From NCBI GenBank assembly GCA_964016885.1, contig OZ024743.1, positions 214,768,001-214,832,000 on the forward strand: a DNA stretch of 64,000 nucleotides, given 5' to 3'. Within the stretch, counting starts at the first letter, position 1. Each line of letters begins with the position of its first letter. The translations under genes were made by a program, and so were the position numbers. The notes below the pieces were generated by a model. That model was not told the origin of the DNA and ran no database searches. It saw nothing but the letters and a program-made list of their open reading frames with translations. The DNA comes from Eledone cirrhosa (taxonomy: Eukaryota). Of this stretch, positions 50,521 to 64,000 are shown one piece after another.

Positions 50521-51364
50521 ACCCTATTCCTCCGTGTTGCTTTTCAACGAGCACATCACATCCAGTCTGAATAATACACTGCTGAGAAACGGTTTAGTAT
50601 TACAATATGACATTCCAACTTAACGATCACATATGCAATCCACATTTTACCTATTCAGAGGTCAGACATTGAAGAATTAGTAGAGGATGCTCAAATATTT
50701 TAAATAATTAAAATATTTTAACTTAATCATTATTTTAAATGTTTGCGATATAACTGACAAGTCAGATTGCAACTAATCAAGAAAGAACCCCCAAAGATTC
50801 CTCCCTTCGTTCCAAAAAGGTAACAATGCTGCCATCACCCTCGGTAGCAATCTCATTAAAGTTGGTTAAGGTGTTTTAGATAATTAACACGCATATAATA
50901 ACACACGCCTACTACACACAGGCAAACAAAGGCTGACATTTCAAACACTCCCTCGTTTCAAAAATGGAACCATACTCTGTTTAAAACCAAATATAATAGA
51001 CTGAATAAGTTTCCTTTCTCGTATTTCTATCCGACTGCCTGATGTGGGATCTATTTTGAAGAGCCTCCTTCAATATACAGGTGTGGCCTTAACTGTTCTA
51101 TATATAAAACATTTTATCACTTTCCTTAAATATGGCGACATGAATACACCTGGTATTTTTTATCTTTTTTTTGTTTCCGATACTGCCCATATCCTCACTC
51201 TTTGTATTACTTCTTCACTCTGTCATTCAATTTCCTGATGAAGAACTTACGTCCAAAACATTAAAAGACTTTCCCTACAATATCGAGAGTAAAACTAAAC
51301 ATACATTTCTTCATTGTACCGTATAGTCTGCTTTCTTTTTTTTCTGTTTGACTTTCGCATCTTT

Positions 51365-51449
<85 letters not shown>

Positions 51450-51635
51450 ATATTGATTTCTCTTGTTGTAAAACATGAAATATCGAAATATTGATTATCT
51501 TTCCATCATATGATATTCAATAATAGAATACTTCAATGGTATAAGAATCAATACAAATTGCAACAGAGTTTAGAAAATATGTTTACATGGAAAATCAATT
51601 AAATCGTACCATACACATTATATATGAAGAAGGAA

Positions 51636-51670
<35 letters not shown>

Positions 51671-51779
51671 GAGAGAGAGAGACAGATATGTAATCGATGG
51701 CTGTATACATACATAGATTCATATGTAAATGTATGCACACACATATAATTATATATGTATGTATATGTATTTATATATA

Positions 51780-51853
<74 letters not shown>

Positions 51854-51869
51854 TATATATATATTTGTG

Positions 51870-51902
<33 letters not shown>

Positions 51903-51906
51903 ATAA

Positions 51907-51949
<43 letters not shown>

Positions 51950-52412
51950 TACATACACATACACACACATATATATATATATTTATATATATATATATAT
52001 ATCCATCCATGCATACAACGGAAGTAAATGCGTGTATAATGTAGTGGCAATATATGTTTATATATTTGTTTCAGTGCTTGCACACTTTTGAAATGTTTCG
52101 ATTGTATTTTAATGAAGAAAATCATTTTTACAAGAAAATCTTATGCAGAAAACTAGCATCCGGAAATATCAACGATAATTCAATAGTCGAATGTCAATTA
52201 AAATAATATAATATATCCAATACAACAATAGTGTCACTGTTTCGGAATAGAGACACAAAGAAAAACCTGTTACGAGTACAAGAGTCAAATAAACATCAAA
52301 TCCTATTGAATTTCATAAAGTATTTCCTATAATATTGTTTAAACTTATAGAAATATCGATTTACAGATCAAATTTAACAGGGAAATTTACAAGCATACAG
52401 CGAGACAATATG

Positions 52413-52467
<55 letters not shown>

Positions 52468-53021
52468 ATATATATATATGAAAATATATATATATATATA
52501 TGCTTCATCAATTTAATAACTATTTTTATTCTCATGAGACAGCTCTTATACGGAGCCATTAGTGTGTAAAACATATTTGATCATATCCACCACTGTATAT
52601 AGTGTGGCTTTACATACATACATAAATACTTACACCCATACATGCATACACACCTTTATACATATCCACATACATATATATACGTAATACGTATATATTT
52701 CTCTGGTATATATTTAAATGGTTGTGTGCATGATTGTTTGTGCATGCACGTGTATAAACAAATGCATAATGTCTTTGAGCGCATACAAGCAATGTATGCA
52801 ACACAATCATCGGATTTATAAAGGAAGGCAAATACCAAATTTGATTTCAATGTAGATGTGAGCACCTAGTTGCTTTAAGCCACCCACACACACACATATA
52901 TAAGTATATATTATTCAATTGAGGAAGAGTTGGTTGATCAACTAATTCACCGTAGTAAAGCACTCAACCACTTGTATTTCAGAAAGTATTATCAAGTTAT
53001 CAACTGAAGTGTGAATATTAT

Positions 53022-53302
53022 AGAGAAGAAAGAGGGTTTTAAATGTTCATTCTTTGTTTATTAAATACTATTATACGTATTTCGAAGACTTAATTTTTGA
53101 CGTGTTCTCCTCAGAGAAGAGCAAGTAGTAGTGTTCTGTTTTTGATATGCTACTACAGTTACGAGCATGCCGGTACTAGTCAATATCTGAAGAGAACACG
53201 CCAAAGGGTTATTATGCAATCATTTTGACGTTTTTGAAATAATTGTAACATGATTATATAATAAACAGAGAACTTACATTTAAAACCGCCTCTCTTCTTT
53301 AT
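53022..53302. repeat. Fold-back element with two oppositely oriented hammerhead-like motifs
   Basis: Arms ~53022-53115 and 53187-53302. Plus strand: CTGAAGA-GAACACGCCAAAG..TTTTGACGTTTTT-GAAAT-AATT-GTA. Minus strand: CTGAGGA-GAACACG..TTC-GAAATACGTA. Confidence 0.6.
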
Positions 53303-53333
53303 GATATATATACAACATATATATATATATATA

Positions 53334-53387
<54 letters not shown>

Positions 53388-54042
53388 GAGAGAAAGAGAG
53401 GGAAAAAGGTGCGAAAGAAAGACGGAGAAGATGATAAATAGATACATAGATCAGCGTATCACTGGTTTATTTGTGAATGTGCTTATTTGCATGTAGATGC
53501 GATTCCCTCCACCACAGGTGATATATGTACACACACATGCACACAGACACACACATACAGACATACAGACACACACATACAGAACAGACATACAGAAATA
53601 CACATAGCCCCCTCCCCCCAATATATACGTATGTACATACATTTCTGCGTAGGTGTGTATATGTATAATTAGGCTCTGTTGTTATGAGTTTCGTGTTAGT
53701 CTTTTATCAGGTAGTAGAACTTTGAAATAAAACATTCTATATATACAGATGCTGGTGCTCACGTACAGCTGGGGACTTTAAACAATGCAGATCCAAATAT
53801 ATGAGAATATAGATAATATTAAATTCTAAATACATTGAAATATGCATAAATAAAGTAGAACCATAAAATATGAATTTAAATTGAATCATAATTGTGAGCA
53901 AAGGAGAATTTATAATTTTAATGAACATATATTGTAATAACCACATTCTTATTATAATATAAGATAACGAAAAGTTACATATTTGGTTTGATACATACAA
54001 ATCTGTCTCTCACTCCCCTTCTCTACATACATGAATACATAC

Positions 54043-54805
<763 letters not shown>

Positions 54806-54896
54806 GTGTGTGTGCGTGTGTGTGTGTGTGTGTGCGTGTGTGTGTTTGTGTGTGTGTGTGTGTGTGCGTACATATATATATATATATATATAAATA

Positions 54897-54935
54897 TGCC
54901 ATTGGACAACCTGACTGCATGGACCTGTCCACCAC

Positions 54936-54971
<36 letters not shown>

Positions 54972-55010
54972 GTGGTGGACAGGTCCATGCAGTCAGGTTG
55001 CCCAATGGCA
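54897..55010. repeat. Palindrome with 41-bp arms around (TA)n
   Basis: TGCCATTGGACAACC...CCACGG-(TA)n-CCGTGG...GGTTGCCCAATGGCA, one mismatch. Confidence 0.9.
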
Positions 55011-55324
55011 GGTGGGCCCCAGGAGGCCCACGGTAGGATTGCAAGTGCCCACAGTAGTTGTAGGGCCCACTGTAGTATTTTAGGGGCCAATGCTTTGCTT
55101 TCAAAAGATACCTGAAATCTAAGAGAAATAATAAAATAAAAAAAAATAAAACAATTAAGCAAAGCATTTGGTCAACCAATTCCCCAGGGAATTACTTGAT
55201 ACTAAAATATACGATAGTGCAAATAGTTGGAATCTGGTTGTACATTCAACTAAATCTAAAGCTTAGTGTATTCATTCATGTATGCAAACATTCATATTTA
55301 GACACAGACACACAAGCATATATA

Positions 55325-56490
55325 TATATCTACGTATGAAAAAGAGAGGTATGACTGTCTGTGTAAATTCCTAAAACCCGAGAAGTACCCGACCAATTTG
55401 TTTCATACTTTACACATGCATTAGTTATATTTCTTGAAGTGCAATTGGCTAAACAGTTTACTTTTTCTGCCCTAGGACCCGCATTAAGCGAAACACAGAC
55501 ACTTAAAGGCATTTTTAGGCTTTTTTGAGGCGTAACTTAAAGATAATCCAGCCGATTTCCTCGAAATTTGCAGAACACATTAGATAGACAACTCGCATCA
55601 CTGTGGACGAAATACAATTCTGATGCCATTAATGGTTTCTAGAAAATTCACGAATTAGCATTGGGCATTACATGCCATTTTCATTTTCAATATACACGCT
55701 ACTTAAACATCGTAAGTAGCGTATACTATTTCGTTACAAATTTGGTTTATTTAACAGAGGACACAACACTTACTTACTTTTAAGCAGGACCATTTTCGGG
55801 GGAATGAGGAAATGAGGATGACCTTAACATGTTTGTCGGTGCCCTGTTCACGCTTCGTGCTTCCATCACGCGCAAACCGGGCACTGTGTACATTGTCGTG
55901 TTATTGACTCCGCAAAACTCACGTCTGTGCTACTTCCACTAAGAAACCTTTTGTTGCACTGTGAAAGAACACTGAACATATATATATATTTGTGCAAATA
56001 CCGCGGTGAACCATTTTGTAGCACCTTTATTACTGTTGGACGCAGTGCAACCAGAGTCTCCCAGCGTTTGTGCTAATTGCACTCTGACCCGCTTCTGCTG
56101 CAGCTGCGTTGCAACGCTGATTTCATCATCTCAATATCCGTACTAAAACGTACATCCCTACTTGGTTTTCACACAATTGACAACGTTGCTCTTTCAGAGT
56201 ATGTCTGTCCCGATGACGGGTGCGAATCTGTAAAACTCGAAAAGTACCTAAGCGATTTTCTCCAAATGGTAGAAAAATCATTCTCTAAGATTTAACATAT
56301 GCATGCAGATGTTTCACGATTCGGGCCTCCTGGTGTTCTATATTTCCAGTAGATGAACAATCATTCCCTGAGGATGAGGGAATTCAAAAAGTGTGCAGCT
56401 ACATTTCTCAATCTTTGCATAGGCGTGTTGCCTACATCTTTGCAAAGGCGTGTTTCCTACTACGCCGTGCAACACCAGGTCCTGCTGCTA

Positions 56491-56492
<2 letters not shown>
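55325..56492 (-). mobile_element. Non-autonomous Helentron/DINE-1-like element
   Basis: The minus strand begins TACTAGCAGCAGGACCTGGTGTTGCACGG, the same terminus type as 22521. Internal CCGATTT..TCGAAATTTGCA motif. Confidence 0.55.
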
Positions 56493-56540
<48 letters not shown>

Positions 56541-56623
56541 ATACTTACACTCGAAGGACTGACAAAATAATATTTGGTAAGAATGGGTTAAAGACATCTG
56601 CCAAATCAATTAGTGGTGATGGT

Positions 56624-56691
<68 letters not shown>

Positions 56692-56712
56692 CACACACAC
56701 ATACACACACAT

Positions 56713-56834
<122 letters not shown>

Positions 56835-57052
56835 GGTCGAGTATCGAAAAATCGGCGCACAAGTTCACGATAAACGAAATTCGACATGAGCGGCAGAGGG
56901 CTCAATAATTCAGATGAATCAGAGCTATAACTATCGTTAAAATACCGTCACATATAGAACAAGTCTACAATCAACCATACGATTTAAAATCGATAGAGGA
57001 AGATTCGGGACAAACAGATAAAAAATATCAATAAAACAATACGTCAATAATT

Positions 57053-57361
57053 TAAATGAATGTAAAATCATACCCGGACCCACTAGACAGGTGTTAAATC
57101 TAGCTTCATGGGTTTCTGTAAATCCTTAGACTGTACTCTATCAGCTCACATATAAATATAAAAGCCTAAATGAATGTAAAATCATACCCGGGTTTCTGTA
57201 AATCCTTAGACTGTACTCTATCAGCTCACATATAAATATAAAAGCCTAAATGAATGTAAAATCATACCCGGACCCACTAGACAGGTGTTAAATCTAGCTT
57301 CATGGGTTTCTGTAAATCCTTAGACTGTACTCTATCAGCTCACATATAAATATAAAAGCCT
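57053..57361. repeat. Tandem repeat of 114/80/114 bp
   Basis: Three units starting TAAATGAATGTAAAATCATACCCGG; the middle unit lacks 34 bp. Confidence 0.9.
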
Positions 57362-57454
57362 ACTAGAGCAAGCGGAACGGAGGTTTACTTTCTCAACGAG
57401 TTTTTTCCTGGCGGCAGAGGAGCCAACTACCAGTGAAAAACGCACATGGCATAT

Positions 57455-57526
57455 GATTGTTATTCCGCACGTCACGTTCTGCATATATATATATATATGC
57501 AGAACGTGACGTGCGGAATAACAATC
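57455..57526. repeat. Perfect palindrome with 28-bp arms around (AT)8
   Basis: GATTGTTATTCCGCACGTCACGTTCTGC-(AT)n-GCAGAACGTGACGTGCGGAATAACAATC. Confidence 0.92.
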
Positions 57527-58345
57527 GCACCATCCCGCGTGCTGTGGGTTATAATTGTGCTAACGACAGCTGCGGTAGCGTAGGTAACAACGTAGGCAGC
57601 AACAATGATAGCCTTACCGTGGGAAATAGACGGAACCGCGACAGAAATTGCAACTGTCGCGACAGAGGACGCTGCCCCCTTAGAGGATACTGCTTGACTG
57701 ATAGGGTTATATATAGATGCACTATTACGAGCCACAATAGCGTTAAACATTATATAGGGGCCACCTCCGGCCCGTTCAAAATTAGGTTTCGAACACATCT
57801 CCACTCTTTCACAAATAGAAAACTAAGGCACTCCACTTCGCTCGCGGACTACATCACATCACTAAAGGACTTAAACATCAACTTCTCCACGCACTGGTAG
57901 ATTGTCGGCAGGGCTGCACCGTACAACTTCAAGAGGAAATGCGATCTTTGCCTCATGGAGCTCTACCACATCATATCTGCACCCCACGAGCTCATCAACA
58001 GCAGAGCTGAAACAGCGATAAGTTTAACACATCGCTTAAAAATATCCTTCTTTAGATGGGTTAAGAATGAAGAGTGAAATACTACACTGGATCTCCCTGC
58101 AACAAGTCATAACGCCGCGGCGGGCAGGCGCAGCAAAATAACACCCAGAAAACAATCCTTGCATACCAGACCCAGCCTCAGACAAACGGATGCGGCAAAA
58201 AAAAAAAAAAAAAAATTATCCGGGAAAGACTGCCCTAACACCAGCCAAAGTTACCTCCCTTGACCTGCTGCAAAATAAAAAACAAGATATTTTTGCGAGC
58301 AATGAATCTTGATGTAGATTTAACCCCCAAAACTCTTTCCGAACT
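57499..58345 (+). mobile_element. 5'-truncated Hydra-like PLE (GIY-YIG + 3' UTR)
   Basis: CNCRDRGRCPLRGYC..VIYRC..YIGATSGPFKIRFRTH..TSLA..W*I..AAPY..CDLC..ELINSRAE..HR. Confidence 0.85.
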
Positions 58346-58347
58346 AT

Positions 58348-59795
58348 ACAAGTAAACACCCCAACCATAGATTACCTGTACTAGACACAGAGCTCTGGTT
58401 AGATACCATTAACAACAAAAAACAAATCCTCCATTCCCATTATGCCAAACCCATGACTTCCAAACATCTGATCCACCGAAACTCGGCTGTTTCGGACCAT
58501 ACCAAAATCAACATACTGATTGCGGATTTGGTACGGGTGATGAGAAATGTGTCCCGCATGTGCAACCCCGAAGAACTAGAGAGACACATACAACACTTTA
58601 TCCACCGTATGCAGTTCTCTGGCTACAATCAGAGAGATAAAATCAGAGTGTATAGAGGAGCCAGAACCAAATGGGAAAAAATGGTAAATAATGAGATAAA
58701 TGGGACCTGCCCCTTGTATAGGAGCAAATTTTGGAATAGAATAGAAAGAACTAGGAACAAGGCTAATAGAATAAACTCATGGTATGATAGCAATAAATAC
58801 CAGAGTGTAGTGTTCATCAATACAACCCCTAGAGGTGAATTAGCTTACAAATTTAGAAGGGCCCTAAATAAACATAAACTCAACATTAAGATAGTAGAAC
58901 GACCAGGTACCTCCGTAAAAACACTTATTAGCAAGACATACCCTTATCAAAGACCCACATGTATAGATAAGAAATGTATAACCTGTAAAATAAGCCCCAG
59001 TATTAACTGTAAAACTAGAAATGTAGTGTATAGCATAAGATGTACTGAAGGACAATGTAGAGACAAAAATATAGTGTACATAGGTGAAACAGCTCGTAGT
59101 GTAGGGGAACGGATAAATGAACACTGGCGAGACCTTCAAGATAATAAAGAATCATCTGTACTCTACCAACATGCTAAGATAGAACACAAGGGTAAATTAG
59201 AGAACATAGAAATAAAAATAGAATCTACACACAGAAAAGACGCAATGTTTAGACAAATTACAGAGGCAATAAACATAAAAGAATTACAACCAAAATTAAA
59301 TAGAAAATATGAGTGGAACAGCAACATCACAACTTACAATTAATGAAAACACACACAGACATAGAACAAACAACCAACCAGTAACATGTAAATAAACAAA
59401 TAAATAAATGAACATAAACACACACAGACACCCGGATGTGGCGCATGCGCAGACTGAGCACACAACACACACACAGAAACAAAATGGCGTAGGACAGAAC
59501 AAAGGAGAGGCACAGAAACAAAGAAAGGAATCCCCAGTCACTGAAGAGGTCACAGAGTGTGTGACGAAAGAACTATGACTATATATAAACAACTATCTGG
59601 TTGTGGAACCAACCCACCAACCAGAAATTTATAAATTTGTAAATTTATGAATTTATAAATATATAATAAATTGAAGTGAAAGCAACTGGTGCGTGTGTTT
59701 CTTATTGGCAACATGACCCTCCCAAAGTATAACAATATCGGTTTCAACACACGATTTCAGATAAATAATCTTGCTAAACAAATTCAGAAACGAAA
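58348..59795 (+). mobile_element. 5'-truncated Nematis/Neptune-like PLE (RT thumb + GIY-YIG + pLTR)
   Basis: SKHPNHRLPVLDTELW onward, ORF 58453-59343. Shares long motifs (LIADLVRVM, HIQHFI, CKTRNVVYSIRCTEG) and the 3' end with 10389-14548. Confidence 0.9.
59536..59580 (+). ncRNA. Minimal type I hammerhead ribozyme in PLE pLTR
   Basis: AGTCA-CTGAAGA-G-GTCAC-agagtgt-GTGAC-GAAAG-AA-CTA-TGACT. Stems I and II are perfect; triplet CUA. Confidence 0.75.
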
Positions 59796-60227
59796 TATAT
59801 ATATATATATATATATGGAAAAGAATGAAACGAAATTTCATTTTTCACTATTAGTACGGCTGATACTTAAATGTAAGTATGTATGTATATGTACATACAT
59901 ATATGTATACAGACGTACAGTAGTATGTATATATATACATACATGCAGACATATATATATATATGTACGTATGGCTTTACCGAACATTTATTATAATGCT
60001 TGGTTTGTTTGTAAACAAACAAACAGCCCGAATTACGCCGTACAGTTTTCAGGCAACCATCGTCGCCTTTTTGTTCAACACTGACACACACACACACGCA
60101 CATATATATATATATATATATATATATGTTTTCCTGCTTGGTAAGGGCATGTTCTTTGTAGAAATATCCAGATGTTGTTTCTGCATGATGAATATAAGTC
60201 AATAGAGTGCTCAACCGAGGGAGCCAA

Positions 60228-61239
60228 ATAGTAATAATAATAAATTTGAAAACTAAAATCCAAAGAGGGCTCGATAAGGATATATATATATCAAATATAT
60301 AAGAACCGTAGAACAAATATTTATTAAAATAAACGATTAACTTTAAGCAAATAATCACTGCTTTCACCCTTAACGGGATCTTCTGAAACTAACAAAGTCA
60401 ATCTGTGAACTCAAAAGTAAATATTTCAAAAAACGTTACAACCAGAGGAAGACAGGAAGACGATACTTTGGTTCGGGGAAATGTTTCCTGGCAAAAGACG
60501 GGAAAAAACGAATATAATACGTCATTATTTGCAACGGTGAAAAACAATTACACGCAAAGACAAATTATTTTCGTAACCCTTTAAGAAGGAATATGACGTC
60601 ACTTTCAGCTTATATCTGGAGTCTAAAAGACAACCACACCCAATATAAGTTACACTGGGAGATCCTAGATTAGGCTAGATCGTATAACGGAAATAAAAGA
60701 CCATGTGACCTCTGCGCCCCTGAGGACCTGGAAATACTCTACGCCAAAGACCACATCTTAAACAAATAATCTGAGGCAATTTTGGCTTGTAAATATAAAT
60801 TGCACAAAACTTTCCTGTATTACAGCACCACATTATCCCCTAACTTTTAGTACGAACTATACGCGGATATTTTACGTCTTGATGTGGTAGCTAAGTATAT
60901 GTTATGTTTATACCATTACTTATTTGTATAGGTAGTATATATTACCTGTATGTTTTGTGAAGGTACATATAATTTCACGTACGTATATTTGATTGTATAT
61001 GTTATGGCGTAAATATTATATATTCTGGTACATATGCTTTTGGTTATGTGTATACGTGAGTTTTGTGTCTGTATGAGTATGTGGGTTCGTATGTAAGTAG
61101 GGTGTGTGTATATGTCTACTTTGTGTTTTGGTTGACGTAGTCTCCGAACATATGTGTATTTACATGTAGGTATGTGTGTGCGCTTGTTATATACGTATTT
61201 ATTTATTTATTTACGTTTATCTAATTATATGTATACACG

Positions 61240-61289
<50 letters not shown>

Positions 61290-62056
61290 TTTTATGTGTA
61301 TTTGGTGTATACTTTCGTATGCGTGAGGGTACAGGCGTTGCGTGGGTTCTGTATGTGCATGCGGGTTTTTATTTTCGTGTACGTGTGTGTATTTGTATAC
61401 CTATGGCGAGTGTTTTCGCGTATGCTTGTGTATGTACGTACATGGATGCGTATATGTATTTATTTAATTTCAATTACCTCTGTATTTTATTTACTTTATT
61501 CTTAACTCTGAAGCCGAGAAACATTCGGTTTCCTAGTTAGAAATTTAGTCTACGACTTCAGTTATACCTATTACGTGGTTTTATCTTTGCGTGCAATTGT
61601 TCTCCACGCTCCACATTTGACGTTTTATCTTCGTTTTTCCGTTCATTGCCAGACACTGTCTCTATAAACCACCTAAAAGAATATTAGTCTACGACTTCTT
61701 TTATACCATAAACGTGGATTTGTCTTTGCGTGTAATTGCTTTACACCGATCCAAATAATGACGTATAATATTCGTTTTCCCCCGTTCTTTGCCAGGGAAC
61801 GTTTCCACGAACCAAAGTATCGTCTCCCTCTCTTCCTCCGGTTGCAACGTTTTCTGAAATATTTATTTCTGCGTTCAGCTATTGACTGTGTTAGTTTCAG
61901 AAGATCCCGTTAAGGGTGAAAGCAGCGATTCTTTGCTTAAACTTTAATCTGTTATTTTAATAAATATTTGCTCTACGGTTCTAATATATTTGATATATAT
62001 TTATCCTTATCGAGCCCTCTTTGGATTTTAGTCTTCAAATTTATTATTATTACTAT
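60228..62056. repeat. Diverged long inverted repeat (~340-bp arms), each arm carrying a hammerhead variant
   Basis: 60228-60565 is inverted relative to 61718-62056. HHR-like motifs at 61893-61943 (+) and ~60340-60390 (-). A ~139-bp tandem duplication lies at ~61545-61820. Confidence 0.8.
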
Positions 62057-62101
62057 ATATTTATATATATATATATTTATGAAGAGATAAAGAGAGAGAG
62101 A

Positions 62102-62215
<114 letters not shown>

Positions 62216-62621
62216 AGCATTGATATATCATAAATCACTGTAAGATTTGTTGAGAGTTCATGTAACGTTGCGGGAATATTATATTTACACAAATCAATTC
62301 CTAAAAAAACTAGTTGTTAAACCAAAGATAAAATCATAGAGAAATTCTCACTTAATCGTTTGGTATGTCATGGAACGTAAACATAATTATCCCGAGGATT
62401 TACGAAAAATGCACATCTAAAATAACGTATGTTAGATTAACTCCTGCGTAGACATTGCAGTTGGCTGAATTGTTGATAATCAATGTCTTAATAAATACAA
62501 AACAAGACTCATTAAGAATGAAAAAACAAACAATAATAATTCCACACTTAGCAACAAGTCAAACAATTTGTGAGAGTGAAAATCCTGTACGTGACTGGCA
62601 TTGTCATATTAATAGCAAGTA

Positions 62622-62848
62622 GGGAGGTGGAATAGCAGTATCGGTAGAGTGTAGGACGCCATGCATTGCAACATAGAGTTACGGCCCTTTATGATCAGAG
62701 TTCAAATCCTGCCAACGTTAACTTTGCCTTTCATCCACACGTTGTCGATAAAATAAAGTAACAGTCACGCACTGGGGTCGATTTAATCGACTTCCATCTC
62801 CCCCAAAATTGCTGGCCTTTTGCCTATATAAGAAAACAATATATTACT
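62622..62848 (+). mobile_element. Nin-domain tRNA-SINE
   Basis: GAGTTCAAATCC B-box and GCCTTTCATCC..GTCGATAAAATAAAGTA core. Confidence 0.75.
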
Positions 62849-63417
62849 AGCAAGTGGATAAAGGCTAAGTTGCCCTTGGTAGGATTTGATCACATAACAT
62901 AAAGATCGTCAACTAAATGCTAAGATCTAATCAAAAGTATAAAGACTGAAATAGAAGTCATATAATAATGATATTAGTGATATGTAATATCGCCAAAAAA
63001 TATGTATATAAATAAATAAAACAAAGATGCTGTAAGGGTAAATATATCTGAAATGAAAAAAAATGTAACATTATGTATGCCAACAAAAATAATGTTGGAT
63101 TCAAAGGTCAAAGTCTTCCAGAAACATAATACTTTAAAGAAAATTAAAGATAAAGAAGGAGAAAAGAATTCCTAGCAAAAATATACGGGGAAGATAAAAA
63201 TAACCTCATAATCATTTAAATAAAGATATGTGAATGTTGAATATTATCTTAGAGATATAAGAAAATGTTAGATAAATAAATGGAAAAGAAGCAAATCAGA
63301 TAACTTAAAATCACCGGGCATAAGATATATAATGAATGTCATGAGAAGTACATTTTCTAAATGCAGGTGGACATTAATCCATTTATATTGCAAAATAAAT
63401 ATTCCTTGCAAACATTA

Positions 63418-63826
<409 letters not shown>

Positions 63827-64000
63827 CCTGTCGCATGGTCGGGTCGTTGGCGACTAAACTGGCAACCCCACCAAGGTTTCTTGGTGAGGAGGGTGACTTT
63901 GGACATCCTGCAGGACTAAAAACAAAACCTGTCAAAGGGCAAAGGAGCTCTTAAGAGTCCATGGCCATCCAAAATCACCGGGAGAGATGACCCCTTAGCC

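Noticed and set aside
57053-57361. CRISPR-like array
   Set aside because: Units are identical tandem copies without unique spacers, there are no cas genes and the context is eukaryotic.
63827-64000. 5' end of a LINE with an HDV-like ribozyme
   Set aside because: It is GC-richer and has a hairpin (ACCAAG/CTTGGT), but I could not build the nested double pseudoknot and the element is cut off by the window edge.

Overview
AT-rich eukaryotic (animal) genomic DNA, not prokaryotic. The very dense (TA)n/(CA)n/(GA)n microsatellites and Nin-domain tRNA-SINEs suggest a coleoid cephalopod such as octopus (inference). No intact host gene is supported, and most ORF-track entries are translated microsatellites. 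The window is a transposon graveyard. It holds Penelope-like elements (PLEs) of two lineages (a CxCx5C-linker Hydra-like type and a Nematis/Neptune-like type, with inverted pseudo-LTRs, flanked by (TA)n), a hATm-like DNA transposon, RTE and L1/Tx1 LINEs, Helentron-type non-autonomous elements, SINEs and a MITE. Two signals go beyond this catalogue. (1) About ten hammerhead-ribozyme (HHR) motifs or remnants lie in PLE ends and in short non-coding fold-back/tandem elements. These include a ~300-bp retrozyme-like family whose structure implies a circular or multimeric template, and a 'split' HHR whose two halves sit in separate hairpins with exchangeable AGGT/ACCT stems. (2) The apparently featureless AT-rich DNA between the TEs repeatedly translates on the + strand into decayed LRR, transmembrane and TIR motifs, suggesting a fossil array of Toll-like receptor pseudogenes. 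All calls were made by eye and coordinates are approximate to within a few to tens of bases.
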